This document shows positions 36,401 through 46,920 of a stretch of DNA of 64,000 bases, piece by piece; within the stretch, counting starts at the first letter, position 1; each line of letters begins with the position of its first letter. The DNA is taken from NCBI GenBank assembly GCA_965178125.1, contig OZ237776.1, positions 1 through 64,000 on the forward strand, read 5' to 3'. Origin of the DNA: Bilabrum cf. latius. Its lineage: Eukaryota. The notes under the pieces were generated by a model that was given only the letters and a program-made list of their open reading frames with translations, made no database searches and was not told where the DNA came from. A program made the translations under genes and the position numbers.

Positions 36401-39400
36401 GTGGCCCAGCAGACGAGTCCCCGCAACCGGTTCTTCACCGCGCTGGGGCGGCCCGCAGTGACGTCAGTGGCTCCGAGTGGGGCCACGGCGGGGGAGCGCC
36501 TGGTGATTGCGGGCAGCAGCTTGGGCAGGAAGGACGATGACGTGGCTCGGGTGCTGCTGGGGCCGTACGATTGCCTGAACGTGGCGGTGCTGGGCGAGAC
36601 CTCGATCGAGTGCACGGTGCCTGACCTGCAGCAGGACCAGATCGACGGGCTGCAGGTGGTGGTGCAGCAGAGAGGGGGCCTCAGCAGCGACCCGGAGTCT
36701 GCCCCTGTGTTCACGTACGGCGTGATCGGGGATCCATGGCCTGACGTGGCCAGCTCAATCCAGGGGTGGAGGGTGCGGAACGACCGCTTCGAGGTGCGGT
36801 GGGCCTTCCGCGACCCGGGTAGGGTGTCGATCGTGGAGGAGGGGCTGGCGGGTCTGAATGGATTCGAGATACAGTCCAGGCTGCTGGATGCGAGCGGGGC
36901 CAATGTGACGAGTGCGATCCCTGCTGCATCCGCTGGGCAGGACAGCGCCGTGTCGGGGCAAGACGAGGACGAGGCTGCGGCGTTCCGGATCGACCTGGCC
37001 GACATCAGCGTGAGGCCCAGCTCCACCGGTGGATTGACCGCCATGCGCGCGTCCTTCACGGCCATTGATCCCCGCCCCATGGCCCTCCGGATCCGGTCCA
37101 TCAGCGAGGCGGGCCCGGGCCCATTCTCACCCTGGACCCCCGGCGTGCCGTCCACGTGCGCCGCCGGCGAGTTCCTCACCACGCACCTTCCTCCCCACGA
37201 GTGGACCTGCAGGCCATGCCACCAGAAGGGCACTTTGTGCAAGGGCGGGTCTGCCTTCACCCTGGCTGCAGCTTCGGGGTACCAGCGGGTGCCCTGGGCG
37301 CGAGGCAGGACGGCCTTCATTGAGTGCCCCCGGCCGGAATCGTGCCTGTCGCTGGCGGATGAACGCGCATTGGCGGCTGAGACAGCCAGTGCGAGCCCGG
37401 CTCGGAGGCTGGATGGTGTGACGAGTGCACCGATGCAGCAGGGTCGGGTCCTCCAAGAGGAGTCCCAGTGGCCCAGCCTTTCCTCGCTGTACGTGCAGGA
37501 GCCCGCCGTGGAGTCTGCCTCGCTGGTGCGGGCGCGACACGTGCTGCAGTCGATGGCGAACGTGACTCTAGTGCATGGCACTGCAGACGTGCCCTCGCTG
37601 GTGGACGCCGGCGCCCCCGTGTGGGTGGGTGAGACGTGTGCGGACGGGTACGGTGGGCTGCTGTGCGCGAGGTGCCAGCCAGGGTACACGTCGTGGGGTC
37701 CATCGGAGTGCCGCAAGTGTCAGGGCGGGTTTGTGGTTGTGCTGGTGGCAATCCTGGTGTCGATGGCGGTGTTGTTGCTGGCTATCGGACTGGTGCTGAA
37801 TGCCCTGCGGAAGGGGGCACTGGCTGCGATGCGGGTGGATCGAGAGGGGCGAGATGTCCTCGGTGGGGGCCAGCTGGCGGCTGGCATGGACGGGTCAATC
37901 GCTCTGGCAGCGATGCCGGGTCCAGCTGGCGCGGGCTTGAACATGCCCAAGCCCGGTCCAGCACCGTCCGGCAAGCCAGCGGTCAATCCCAAGGGAGTGG
38001 CGGGGCCGCGCGGGCATACCAATCCTCTGGCACTGGTGCTGCACGGCAATCCATCGGCCGCCACTCTGGCGGCCAGACAGCCCGTGCAGTCGGAGCAGCA
38101 GCGGCTGATGGATCTGCTGGGTGACGACAGCTCATCGGACGAGAATGAAGCGGGGCACCAACTCGCCCGTCCGTCTGCCAGCACACGCACTGGAATCGCA
38201 TCCAAAGGCAAGCCAGATGCAGGCGATGCAGAACAGGGCAAGTCCACCAGGCAGCGAGGACACGGGCAGCGGGCCGTGGACCAGAATGTGGGTATGGCCA
38301 CCATCAAGATCCTGTTCTCGCACGTGCAGGTGGTGGCTATCGCTGCGTCCTTCAAGCTCGCATGGCCCGATGAGGTCATTGCCCTGTTCAACACCATGGG
38401 CTCCATGTCCTCGGTCAGCTCAGAGGTGCTGAGCCTGGACTGCATGCTGCAGCAGAGCGCTGGGGAGCTGCCTGAGGCTGGGGCGGTGGACGGACAAGCA
38501 GCCGCGTTGGAGGCATGGACAGCCATCCTGCAGCAGCAGCAGCAGCAGCACGCCATGAGCAGTGGATTGAGCGGTGCAAATGCCACAATAGTAGAAGCGC
38601 ACGACGCATGGCCGGGCACGCAGCTGCAGGACGAGAGGCTGCTGGCACAGGCGCTGGCCATGCACGAAGAGAACGTGCTGGGGGTGGACCTGCAGCGGCA
38701 GCAGAGCGGCCTTGCCGCCAGCATGCCGCACGGGTCTGCGTACTTTTTGCGGACCATCGTGGTGCTGCTGAGTCCGCTGCTGCTTGCGCTTGGCCTGGCC
38801 CTGTTCTGGGTGATCGTGGATGCCATCGACGGGTGCCTGCACGAGCCAGACGGGATCGTCATTGAGGAGCCAGGGGAGGAAGGGGGCCCGGAGGAAGCGG
38901 GCCCGGCGCCGTTTGCAGGTGGCATCTAGAGCGCGAGGCCGGCTGGGGGCAGAGAGGGGAAGCCTGCCCCCGGGCGGATGGCCAAGCAGAGGATGGCATT
39001 CAACCCGCTCGCGAGAGTCAGGCGGGCGGGCGAATCGGTGCTCGCGGAGCCCAGCGTGTCCGGTTCCAAGGGAGTGGTCCGGGGATCGAGCCCGAGTAGG
39101 AGCGCATCCGCCCCCAGGCACTCGGCCGCTGTATCCACTACCAGCAGCAGAGGGATAGGAACAGAGTCTGGCACTGATCCCAGCAGTCCAGCAAATAGCA
39201 CCATGGGCAGGAGCAGGAGTAGGGGCGGTCGTGGCTCTGGTATCGTGCAAAAACGCACCAGCCGGTTCCGCAGCTTGTTGTCTGGATCCAGCGGGGCCTC
39301 AAGCCAAAGCACCGGGGGGGCGTCTGGCCCGCAAAGCACCGGTGCAGTGCCCGCGACCCACGGCGATTCCGTGACCATGGGCCCCTCCCCTGCCGCTGAG

Positions 39401-40594
39401 CTGCCGCCCGCGGCCGAGTACTTCTGGCTCGCGTCCAGCCAGCGCACGGGGACGGTGCTGGGCTGTGTGGGCGTGCCACTGGCCGCTGTGAAGCTCCCGC
39501 TGGGGATGCGGATCCTCTCGGGTCTGACTGTGATTGCCTTCCTGGTGCACCTGACCCTGACCGAGGCATCCTTCGGGCTGCTGTCATGCACCACCCTGGA
39601 GCCGGACGTTGACCTGGCCGAGGACGACGATGAGATGGGCTCGCTGGCAGTGAGTCCGGCGAGGCATGACGAGTGCCGCGAAAAAGAGAACAGGCGGCTG
39701 GTGCTGGACCTGGACGTGTGCTGCAACAATCCCAGCGCGCAGCAGATCATGTATGGCGTCGGCGCACCTGCCATCCTTGTGTTTGCCGTGGGCATCCCGC
39801 TGCTGGCTGGCCTGAGGCTGTGGTGGGTCAGCGACAGGCTGCATGCGCCCGACGTGATCGCCACGATGGGCTTCCTGACGGCGGGATTCAACGAGCACGC
39901 GTACTACTGGGAAGTGGTGATCATGCTGAGGAAGCTGGCCGTGGTGGCCATCACGGTGCTGGTGGAGCCCATGGGCGTGCGCGTGCAGACGTACTCCGCC
40001 ATCGCCGTGATTTTCGCCGCTGCTGTGCTGCACTCGCTGAACCAGCCGTACGAAGCCACGACGCTCAACACGCTGGAGCTGGTGGCGCTGGTGGGCGCTT
40101 TCCTGACGTTCGAGGCGGGTCTGTTCCTGCACGACGAGAAATCGAGCAAAGTGGTGAAGACAGCTGCCACGATGGTTGTGTTCCTTGCCAACCTGAGCGT
40201 GCTGCTGTGGTGCCTGTGGGTGCTCCGGTGGGAGATCCTGGGCAAGGCGCGGGAGGTGTGCTCGTTCGCTGGCTCGCTTGTGGTGGGGGGCGAGCCGGGT
40301 GGTGTAGAGGCTGGCACGGCGGGGGGCTCCAAGGGAATGGGTGCGGGCACGAAGGCTGCCGGGGGAGGGCTCGCTGGTGCAGGTGCAGGTGCAGGTGCAG
40401 GTGCAGGTGCAGGTGCAGGTGCAGGTGCAGGTGCAGGTGCAGGTGCAGGTGCAGGTGCAGGTGCAGGTGCAGGCACGGTGCAGGTGCTGTCCGACTGGGA
40501 GCAGAAGAAGAGCCTCAAGACGAGGTCCACTCGGGCTGGGAACGGAGCTGGCAGCAGTAGCACGAGTGGAGGGTACTAGGGGGAGGAGGCGTGA
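27489..40594 (+). CDS. Giant (~4,320 aa) cell-surface protein: signal peptide, FG-GAP beta-propeller repeats, IPT/TIG-like Ig folds, Cys-rich region, multi-pass TM C-terminus
   Basis: Exon 1 (27489-27562) encodes MPYRLLCLILIASVGLxQSVP, then a GT-AG intron at 27563-27708, then one frame to the TGA at 40592. About 12 repeats of FG-S-LGDLDGDG-D-AVGA-DDDG-RGAVWILFL. TIG-like units (VTSVAPS..G..L.I.G..LG...V.LG...C), CxxC-rich segment (CADGYGGLLCARCQPGY) and TM helices with YYWEVVIMLRK. 13 in-frame TAGs. Confidence 0.85.
27780..29030 (+). repeat. First FG-GAP coding tandem array (~6 units of ~205-216 bp)
   Basis: Recurrent HQKISD.EG.F.G.LD..D.FG and GDLDGDG.D.AVGA units. Confidence 0.85.
29915..31185 (+). 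repeat. Second FG-GAP coding tandem array (~6 units, 216-bp period in its first part)
   Basis: Equivalent TAG codons at 30050, 30266, 30482 and 30698 are exactly 216 bp apart, and adjacent units share long identical DNA stretches. Confidence 0.9.
40376..40471 (+). repeat. (GGTGCA)16 coding microsatellite encoding a Gly-Ala run
   Basis: Perfect hexamer tandem in the C-terminal tail of the FG-GAP gene. Confidence 0.95.
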
Positions 40595-40829
40595 TGGAGT
40601 TCTTTTGGGGATGGAGACGGATATGACGCGCTGGACATGATTTAGATTGCGATGTGTTTTGTGACTTGGTTGGGATGGATCGGGGAGTGCGGGGCACTGC
40701 CAGGCCTCGGTGTGGCCTGCTCTCTGGATCCAAGTTTGCTTTGCTTTGCTAGTAATAACATTTGATATTCAGAACTTGACCTGTATAAGACCTAAACGAC
40801 GGTGTGACGTACACCCCGTATCAGAGGAT

Positions 40830-41451
40830 TGCTGCAGCCGCTGGATCCGGTGCACGGCACCCCGGATCCTTTCTGGTACCCGGGCGGGGCTCCACCATGC
40901 GGCCCTCCCTGGGGCGAGTATCCACCCTGGTATCCAGGCGGCATCTGCCCGCCAATCATCTGCTATTGCATCATCATCCGCATGTAGGATCTGCTGCTGA
41001 TGCTGGGCCTGCTGCTGCTATTGCTGCTGCATTGCCACTGCACGCGCCTGCATCTCCTGCTGCTACCTCTCCGCGAGAGCCACCTGCCTCTGCTGCTCCT
41101 CCAGCACCGGCTGCTGCATGGCCTCTTGTTCCCTGGCCATGGTCGCCTCGTCCACGCGTGGGCGCTTGGCATTGGGGGAGCCCCCGGCCCCTGACCCGGT
41201 GCTGCTGGGTCCAGGTCCAGCCGAGCTGGGCTGTCCTGGGGGGTTGGCGGCGCCAGTGCCAGCTCCAGCTGCAGCCTTTCCTGACTGGGTGCTGCTGTCA
41301 TCCTGGTCCTGGTCCTGCCTGGATCGCTTGCTGCCTGCCCCGGCCGGGGACTTCCGGTAGACGGGGGGCCTGGCCGGCTTGGCTGCTCGGGAACGGGGAG
41401 GGTGAGGGAGGTCCTTTAGGATCCATCATGGATTGGGACGTGCTGGACATG
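40830..41451 (-). pseudogene. Frameshifted Gln/Gly/Pro-rich gene fragment
   Basis: Protein-like text continues across three frames: MSSTSQSMMDPKGPPSPS / SKRSRQDQDQDD...EQQRQVALAERxQQEMQ..QQQxQQQ / YMRMMMQxQMIGGQMPPGYQGGYSPQGG. No intron signals were found to reconcile the frames. Confidence 0.4.
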
Positions 41452-41557
41452 ATCCAGCCTGAGGTATCGGATACTTGCCCTCGTTGGCGTCGGAGCTCGC
41501 TTGAGACTGCTGATGGCGCTTATTTCCCTCGATGTCAGTTTGATTTGATTTCCGGTT

Positions 41558-41581
41558 CCGTCAGGTGCCTCATGACCGGAG
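41558..41581 (+). repeat. Left terminal inverted repeat CCGTCAGGTGCCTCATGACCGGAG
   Basis: Exact reverse complement of 45176-45199. Confidence 0.92.
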
Positions 41582-41903
41582 CCGAAAGCATCAAATCGCC
41601 GCCTGAGACGGTGGCTCGATCATCGTATACTTGGGGTAAAATCATAGCAAAAATCAACTTTATGGATTTATAATATGTTTTTGATTCGACTAGTGGAGTA
41701 TGAAGTCCCAGAAACACTTGTAGCCTGAGATACAGAGGGTCAAAGAGGGGGGCTATGTGCTCCCCGGCCGAAATCGTCACATTCTGGACTGGCAGGACGC
41801 ATGGCCGGAGTCCACTTCTGGGCCATGGTATGTCCCAGTCATCATTTATATTTCACATTGGAGAGAATCAATGTAAATATGTATATTATTTTTATCGTTT
41901 CAC

Positions 41904-44900
41904 TCAAGTAGATTTCGTATTCGTGTCGATTTGAGCGAGCGCTGCTGCTCGAACGCGCTCAGAAACCCAGCGATGGCGTTTGCCAGCTCGGTTTTCGCCA
42001 GTATCGTTGCTTAGCTTACCGCGATTACCGCCAACACCTTCCTTGTGGGGCACATTGTCGACTATGGGGCGGCGACGCTTGTCTCCAGTGAGCACACGTC
42101 GCAGTTCACGAACCTGTTCCTGCAGAGCTTGGTTCTGCTTCTGCAGTTGTCGAGCTTCCCTCTTCTTTTCAGCGAGCTTTCTCTCCGCATCTCGCACCCT
42201 TCTCTTCAACTTGGCATTATCCTTCCCTTGAGCAACTATTTTGGCGCGTAACGCCTTGTTGGTAGTCACCTGCGCTGCATGCTTCTCCGATTCAGCCGAG
42301 GCCTTGGCTTGCTTCTTTCCTGCCCTTGCAATGACTGCTTTGGCTTGGCCATCCGCTGCATCCTCGGCAACAACTAGGCTGTATGTGCTACCATCTTTGA
42401 ATTCCTCGCGGGCGCTGCTCCGGTTCGCGTACTGACGGGCGCCCTCGGCGGCAACGACCGAGATGGCCTGCCTCATGCACTTCAACGTCCCTCCAAGCCT
42501 GAGCTGCCGTCGCTCCAGGTCCATGTTCGTTTTGTCCCGGCATTCCTTCTCAATTGCAATGGCTTCCTTCAAAAAACTGCTTTCAGGCGAATTGAAGCCG
42601 ATATCGCCCAGTTTGACGGTAGGGGTCCCCCCCAACCTACGCCTGCTCGCCCGCTGGTCCCGGGGGGTTGGCGCGGACGACGAGCTGCTTGCTGAGCTGC
42701 TCCCGGGCGCGCTCTCGCCCGGCTGTACTATGGGTAAGCAGGTGGCCTCAATAGTTAGTCCTGCACTTGGACCTGACTTGATGACCTCCGCCATGTGATG
42801 CAGCGGCTTCAGGTACTGGTCGGCGTCGTCGAGGTTGGCGCCCCCGGTGGCCTGCTCAGCATCCCGGCCACCAGCGGCCTCATCTTCAGTCTCGGTGATT
42901 GGCACCCACTCGAACGCCGCTGCAGGACAAACCGGCCATATCCCTGCCTTCCGGAAGCCCGCCTTGATGTTGCTCTCGGTCATCGCACGGTCCACAGCGA
43001 TCTTGACGATCAGGGGAATCCACTCGTCACTGATGGCACGCTCCTTCTCCTCCACCCCATCCACGAGCTCGTACGCTTTACGGATTTGCATTTCTCGAGT
43101 GACACTTTCCCCTGGAAATGGTTTGGCATCTGTAGCATCCTCCAAATCATCATCTTGAGTAAGACTCAGCATGGATTGGTATTCCTGCTAGCGGCGGCTG
43201 CTGGCCTGCTGCTCCTCGAGCCACCGCATCGCCGCCCTGATGGCCTTCTTGAAGGGGGCGAACACCCCGACATCCAGGGGCTGCACGATGTGCGAAAGAT
43301 TCGGGGGCAGTCGTAGGATCTAAATGCCATGCTTCTTGGCAATTTTTTTCCCAGCGGTGTTGAAGTGGGTGTCGTGCCCATCGACCAGCAGGTACGCCGG
43401 GTGGTCCGCCTTCACTCTGCATTCTGCCCTGTATCCTACGAGCCAGGTGCCAAAGTGCTCGAGTAAACAGTTCCACGTGAAGCTGTTTGACCATCCACTT
43501 GGAGTCGACCCGATGATGCATCGTGGGGGGCAAGCCTTTTCGCCATGCATCGCAGTGACGCGGAGCTGGGAGGAGGTAGCATTCCGAGTCCCAGAGTTCA
43601 GCCGATGCTTAAGAATCTGTGCATGCTCCTCCGCTTGCTTCTCTCGAAGCGCCTAACGGGCGCACTTCAGCGCCTTCTACAAGGACTTAATGGTCTAGTC
43701 CAGCTCAGTAGTAGGCGCGGTGTCGTCCTCTTTCGCCCTGGAACTCCTCCTGGTCCTCGCCCTCCGGAGATCTGCCTCCGCCTTGCGAGCGCAGGCCTCA
43801 CCTTCTTGCCTGGCCCGTAAAGCGTTCTGAAGTGAGATGAGATCGGCCTACGCATCGAGACTAGGAACACCACCGTATGCAGCGACCCTCTCCTGTACGC
43901 TTTCGAAATCACGCACCAGCTGTTGCACCGGGGAGAGCGCTGCCGCCGCCGCAGCTGAGCTGGAGGAGCTCGCTGCCGTCCCGCTGCAGTCCTCGTCCAT
44001 GGGAGCCTAGCCGGCCCCGGCCCCGGAGGATGGCTCCCTGGTAGTCCGTCGCTTTCTGGTGAACTTTTGCTGCGCTTGGCGCAGCTGCTTAGCGGCCGCG
44101 TGCAAGTGCTCCTCAGCCCTTGCAGACGCCTCCTCAGCGCGCTAAGCTGCTGCAGCAGACGCCTCACGCTCTTTTTTCGTGACTTCTCCTCCGGCCTAGA
44201 ATATCAACATGCATACAGCAAACGTTCCAGCAGCACTGACTATTGGCAAGAAGGTTGCGGTCTTCTTGTTCCACTCAGGTCTATTCCCATTCACGCGTCC
44301 AAGCTCCTTGCTGGAGATAATTCCTGCCGCAGCGCGGTACAGTTGCAGCATGGTCTCGTCCGCATTGAATATAAATCTAGGATCCACTTTCCGCCGACCG
44401 ATTTTGACTTTGCCCGTCTTTTTATCGATAGAGTACCCGAAAAGGGCGCACAGCTCGACCATGAACTCCTACTGCAACTACGCTGCTTCGGCCTGCTTAC
44501 GGCTTGATTCTTTGTCTTCATCCTTCTTGATAGCAAGACCAAAGTTAACCAGGAAGTTTCGATATGACTTGTAGCTCGGCATCCACTCACGGGATCGCAG
44601 GTGCGCGCGCGTAGCAATCGCAGCAAGTAGTGCTCGTCCTCTCGCTACCGTCACCCCAGCTCCGAACTTTGCTAGCTACTCGAATCCGCAAGCGCACACC
44701 TTCTGAACCCAATAAGGTAAAAATGGGGCCTATCCTCCGTTTTTCTGCATTGGTTTGCCTTGCGCCAGAGCTTCTTGCCACTCGTGATAGCTGGTTTCCG
44801 AAACTGTGTCTGTCTCGTGGTTCCCGTCCGTTGCCCTGACGGTGAACGAAATCGACTTGCATGCCTACTCAATCGTTAATCCATTGGACCCAGTTGTTTG

Positions 44901-45095
44901 TTCACGAATAAATCTATACTTGAATGCCCTCTTGGGAGTCAGAATCATGTCTTCATACATCCTAGCGCCCATCTCATGTTGCTCGATGCCAACAAGCAGC
45001 GCTTCGGCTGCTTGAACAACTCTTTGTACCGCACTCTTCCTAGCACTAGGCAGAGACATTGAAGGTATAACAAAGTTTGAAACAGTGCGCGGCAT
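41904..45095 (-). CDS. pogo/Fot1-like DDE transposase (1,063 aa with TAG=Gln)
   Basis: Single frame from ATG 45095 to TGA 41904 with ~14 in-frame TAGs and no TAA/TGA. Motifs IFNADET, PIVSAAG, STPSGW, LLVDGHDTH, LPPNLSHIVQPLDVGVFAPFK and IKAGFRKAGIWP. 35 residues lie between the second and third catalytic Asp. Confidence 0.9.
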
Positions 45096-45175
45096 CTTGT
45101 TTCGACTGGGTGATTAAGAGCTGATATAATTGGTGTGCAATCCGAACTCCGGCCATGGTGCCTGCCACTGGTCGA

Positions 45176-45199
45176 CTCCGGTCATGAGGCACCTGACGG
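45176..45199 (-). repeat. Right terminal inverted repeat
   Basis: CTCCGGTCATGAGGCACCTGACGG, exact reverse complement of 41558-41581. Confidence 0.92.
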
Positions 45200-45387
45200 T
45201 TCCTCCGGATTTCCCCGTGTTGAACTTTCAAGAAGAAACTGAGAAAGTTGCTCCACAGGTTTCCATAGTGTTTGGAGGATGCAGGTGAGCTTCGAAAGCT
45301 ATCGAGGTATGTTTTGCTTCTTTTTGTACGTATCATGGTGTGCAATAGCGATTACTACCACTAGCTATACATGTTGCGCAGGCAGCC

Positions 45388-46758
45388 GTGCACGATGCAT
45401 GTATTAGGTTCGAGAGTAAGGTAAAGCTGGTTGCCGCCGTCGAGTCGGGTGGGTACCTCGACTATACATCAGCTAGTCGGAGCGGTCTGGCATGGCTACT
45501 GGATCACCCAGATGGAGGACTATCATCATTCGAAACCCTGCTAAGTCGAGGAGCAGATCTAGACATTCGAGACAGCTCAGGAAAAGCACCGCTACAATGG
45601 GCAATTAGATATGGTTTGCCAAAGTTTGTGGAATTACTTCTTCGCGCGGGTTCAGATCCCTGCCTAAATACAACCCCACATCCTGTAAGCCGCCTGAAGC
45701 TGGAGTCGCAGACAACTCGTTCTACGCCACTGCTGCACGGTGCGTCAGCGCTTTGGATTCGAAACGATGTTATATTATGTTGATACACGCAGCGTAGATC
45801 TGAGCCGGCATCTACAATGTCATTCACGAACGAGATTCCAGACGCACCGGCGGCTGAGTGCATCTGCCTTCTAGCTCGATATGGTGCAGACATTGATGAT
45901 CCAGTGAGACGAGGATATCGTGCTAGAGAAACCATCAGCTTGCTATTGCATTGCATCCATTATTAGGATCGCTGGTGCTAAACCCAGCAATCATTACCTG
46001 ACAAGGCTCTATTGGAATATAGGCCACTGTGCACCATGGCCCTGCTGGCCTACGGCGCGAATCTATCTGCTCGAATAGAAAAGCTTCGCACATAGATGTT
46101 GTGGGATCCTGTTGCGCCGAGCCTGTTGGAACGAGGCTCCCCTACGACCTATGCAGATTTCTTCACGAGCACGCTGGACCGGAATTGCACAGACCCGACG
46201 CACTGCCTGAGGCAATTGATGTAGTCCCCTCGTGGCGCGAAGGATGTCCCTAATTTTTCGTGCCTGAGTTTACCCTGTTGGGTTACGAGAGGAATAGAGC
46301 AAACGGGCGCGCTTGTCAGGTTCCGCACCGCCCACGAAGCCAACCGAGACGCGGGCATGGCATTCCTGGCGGCGAGGGACGGCAGGCCCCTGGAGCTAGG
46401 GAAGCGGCTGAGGCTGGGCAAACTGGCAGAAGCACTCACGCGCACGCATGAGCTCAAACTGGTAGTACCATAGGCCTGGCGCCACTTGCAACTGGCGACC
46501 GGCAGCGGCAGGGGCAGTGGCAGTGGCAGTGGCAGCGAAGCGGAGGATGGGCCCCAGCCCGAGCCACCACCTCCGGCTTCCTTGGTCGTTCTTGCCACGC
46601 CGATGGAGGCTGCTTGGGTGGGAGTCCACGAAGAGTGCATGGCATTGCTGTGCAGCGAGATGGGGTTGCGAGCGCCCATGCTTCGCGTTGAATTCGTGGA
46701 GGCCAGAGAGAGGGCGCTGATGGGCTGCTGCACAACAGGGCGATCTAAATTGCGGTGA
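45388..46758 (+). CDS. Ankyrin-repeat protein (multi-exon, boundaries uncertain)
   Basis: LLSRGADLDIRDSSGKAPLQWAIRYGLPKFVELLLRAGSDP and CLLARYGADID ankyrin-like segments with GT donors. A downstream frame (~46290-46758) is open apart from one TAG and may be the last exon. The gene could instead end at TAA 46253. Confidence 0.55.
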
Positions 46759-46920
46759 CCGTTGGAGCGGATCCAGCAGATCCTGGACTTAACCTTAACG
46801 TACTCCAATATTCGGATTGGATTCGAAGGACGCAATCCTATCCTTGGATCTACACTGGCGGACATTCGATACGCAGCTGGCAGTACACTATGCAGATCAG
46901 ATCAGACGAGAAGCCTCACC

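Larger units (their letters stand above)
41558..45199 (-). mobile_element. Full-length pogo-superfamily (DD35D) DNA transposon, 3,642 bp
   Basis: Perfect 24-bp TIRs (41558-41581 and 45176-45199), a second imperfect inverted pair (41790-41811 and 45146-45167), and one internal DDE_1-type transposase ORF. GC is lower than in the flanking genes. Confidence 0.9.

Noticed and set aside
11079-37427. CRISPR-like array from the 12-mer or the FG-GAP repeats
   Set aside because: The 12-mer is short, irregularly spaced and on both strands. The FG-GAP units are protein-coding. No cas genes are present and the context is eukaryotic.
40804-41673. 289-aa plus-strand ORF
   Set aside because: Mostly the antisense of a Gln-rich segment, and it runs through the transposon TIR.
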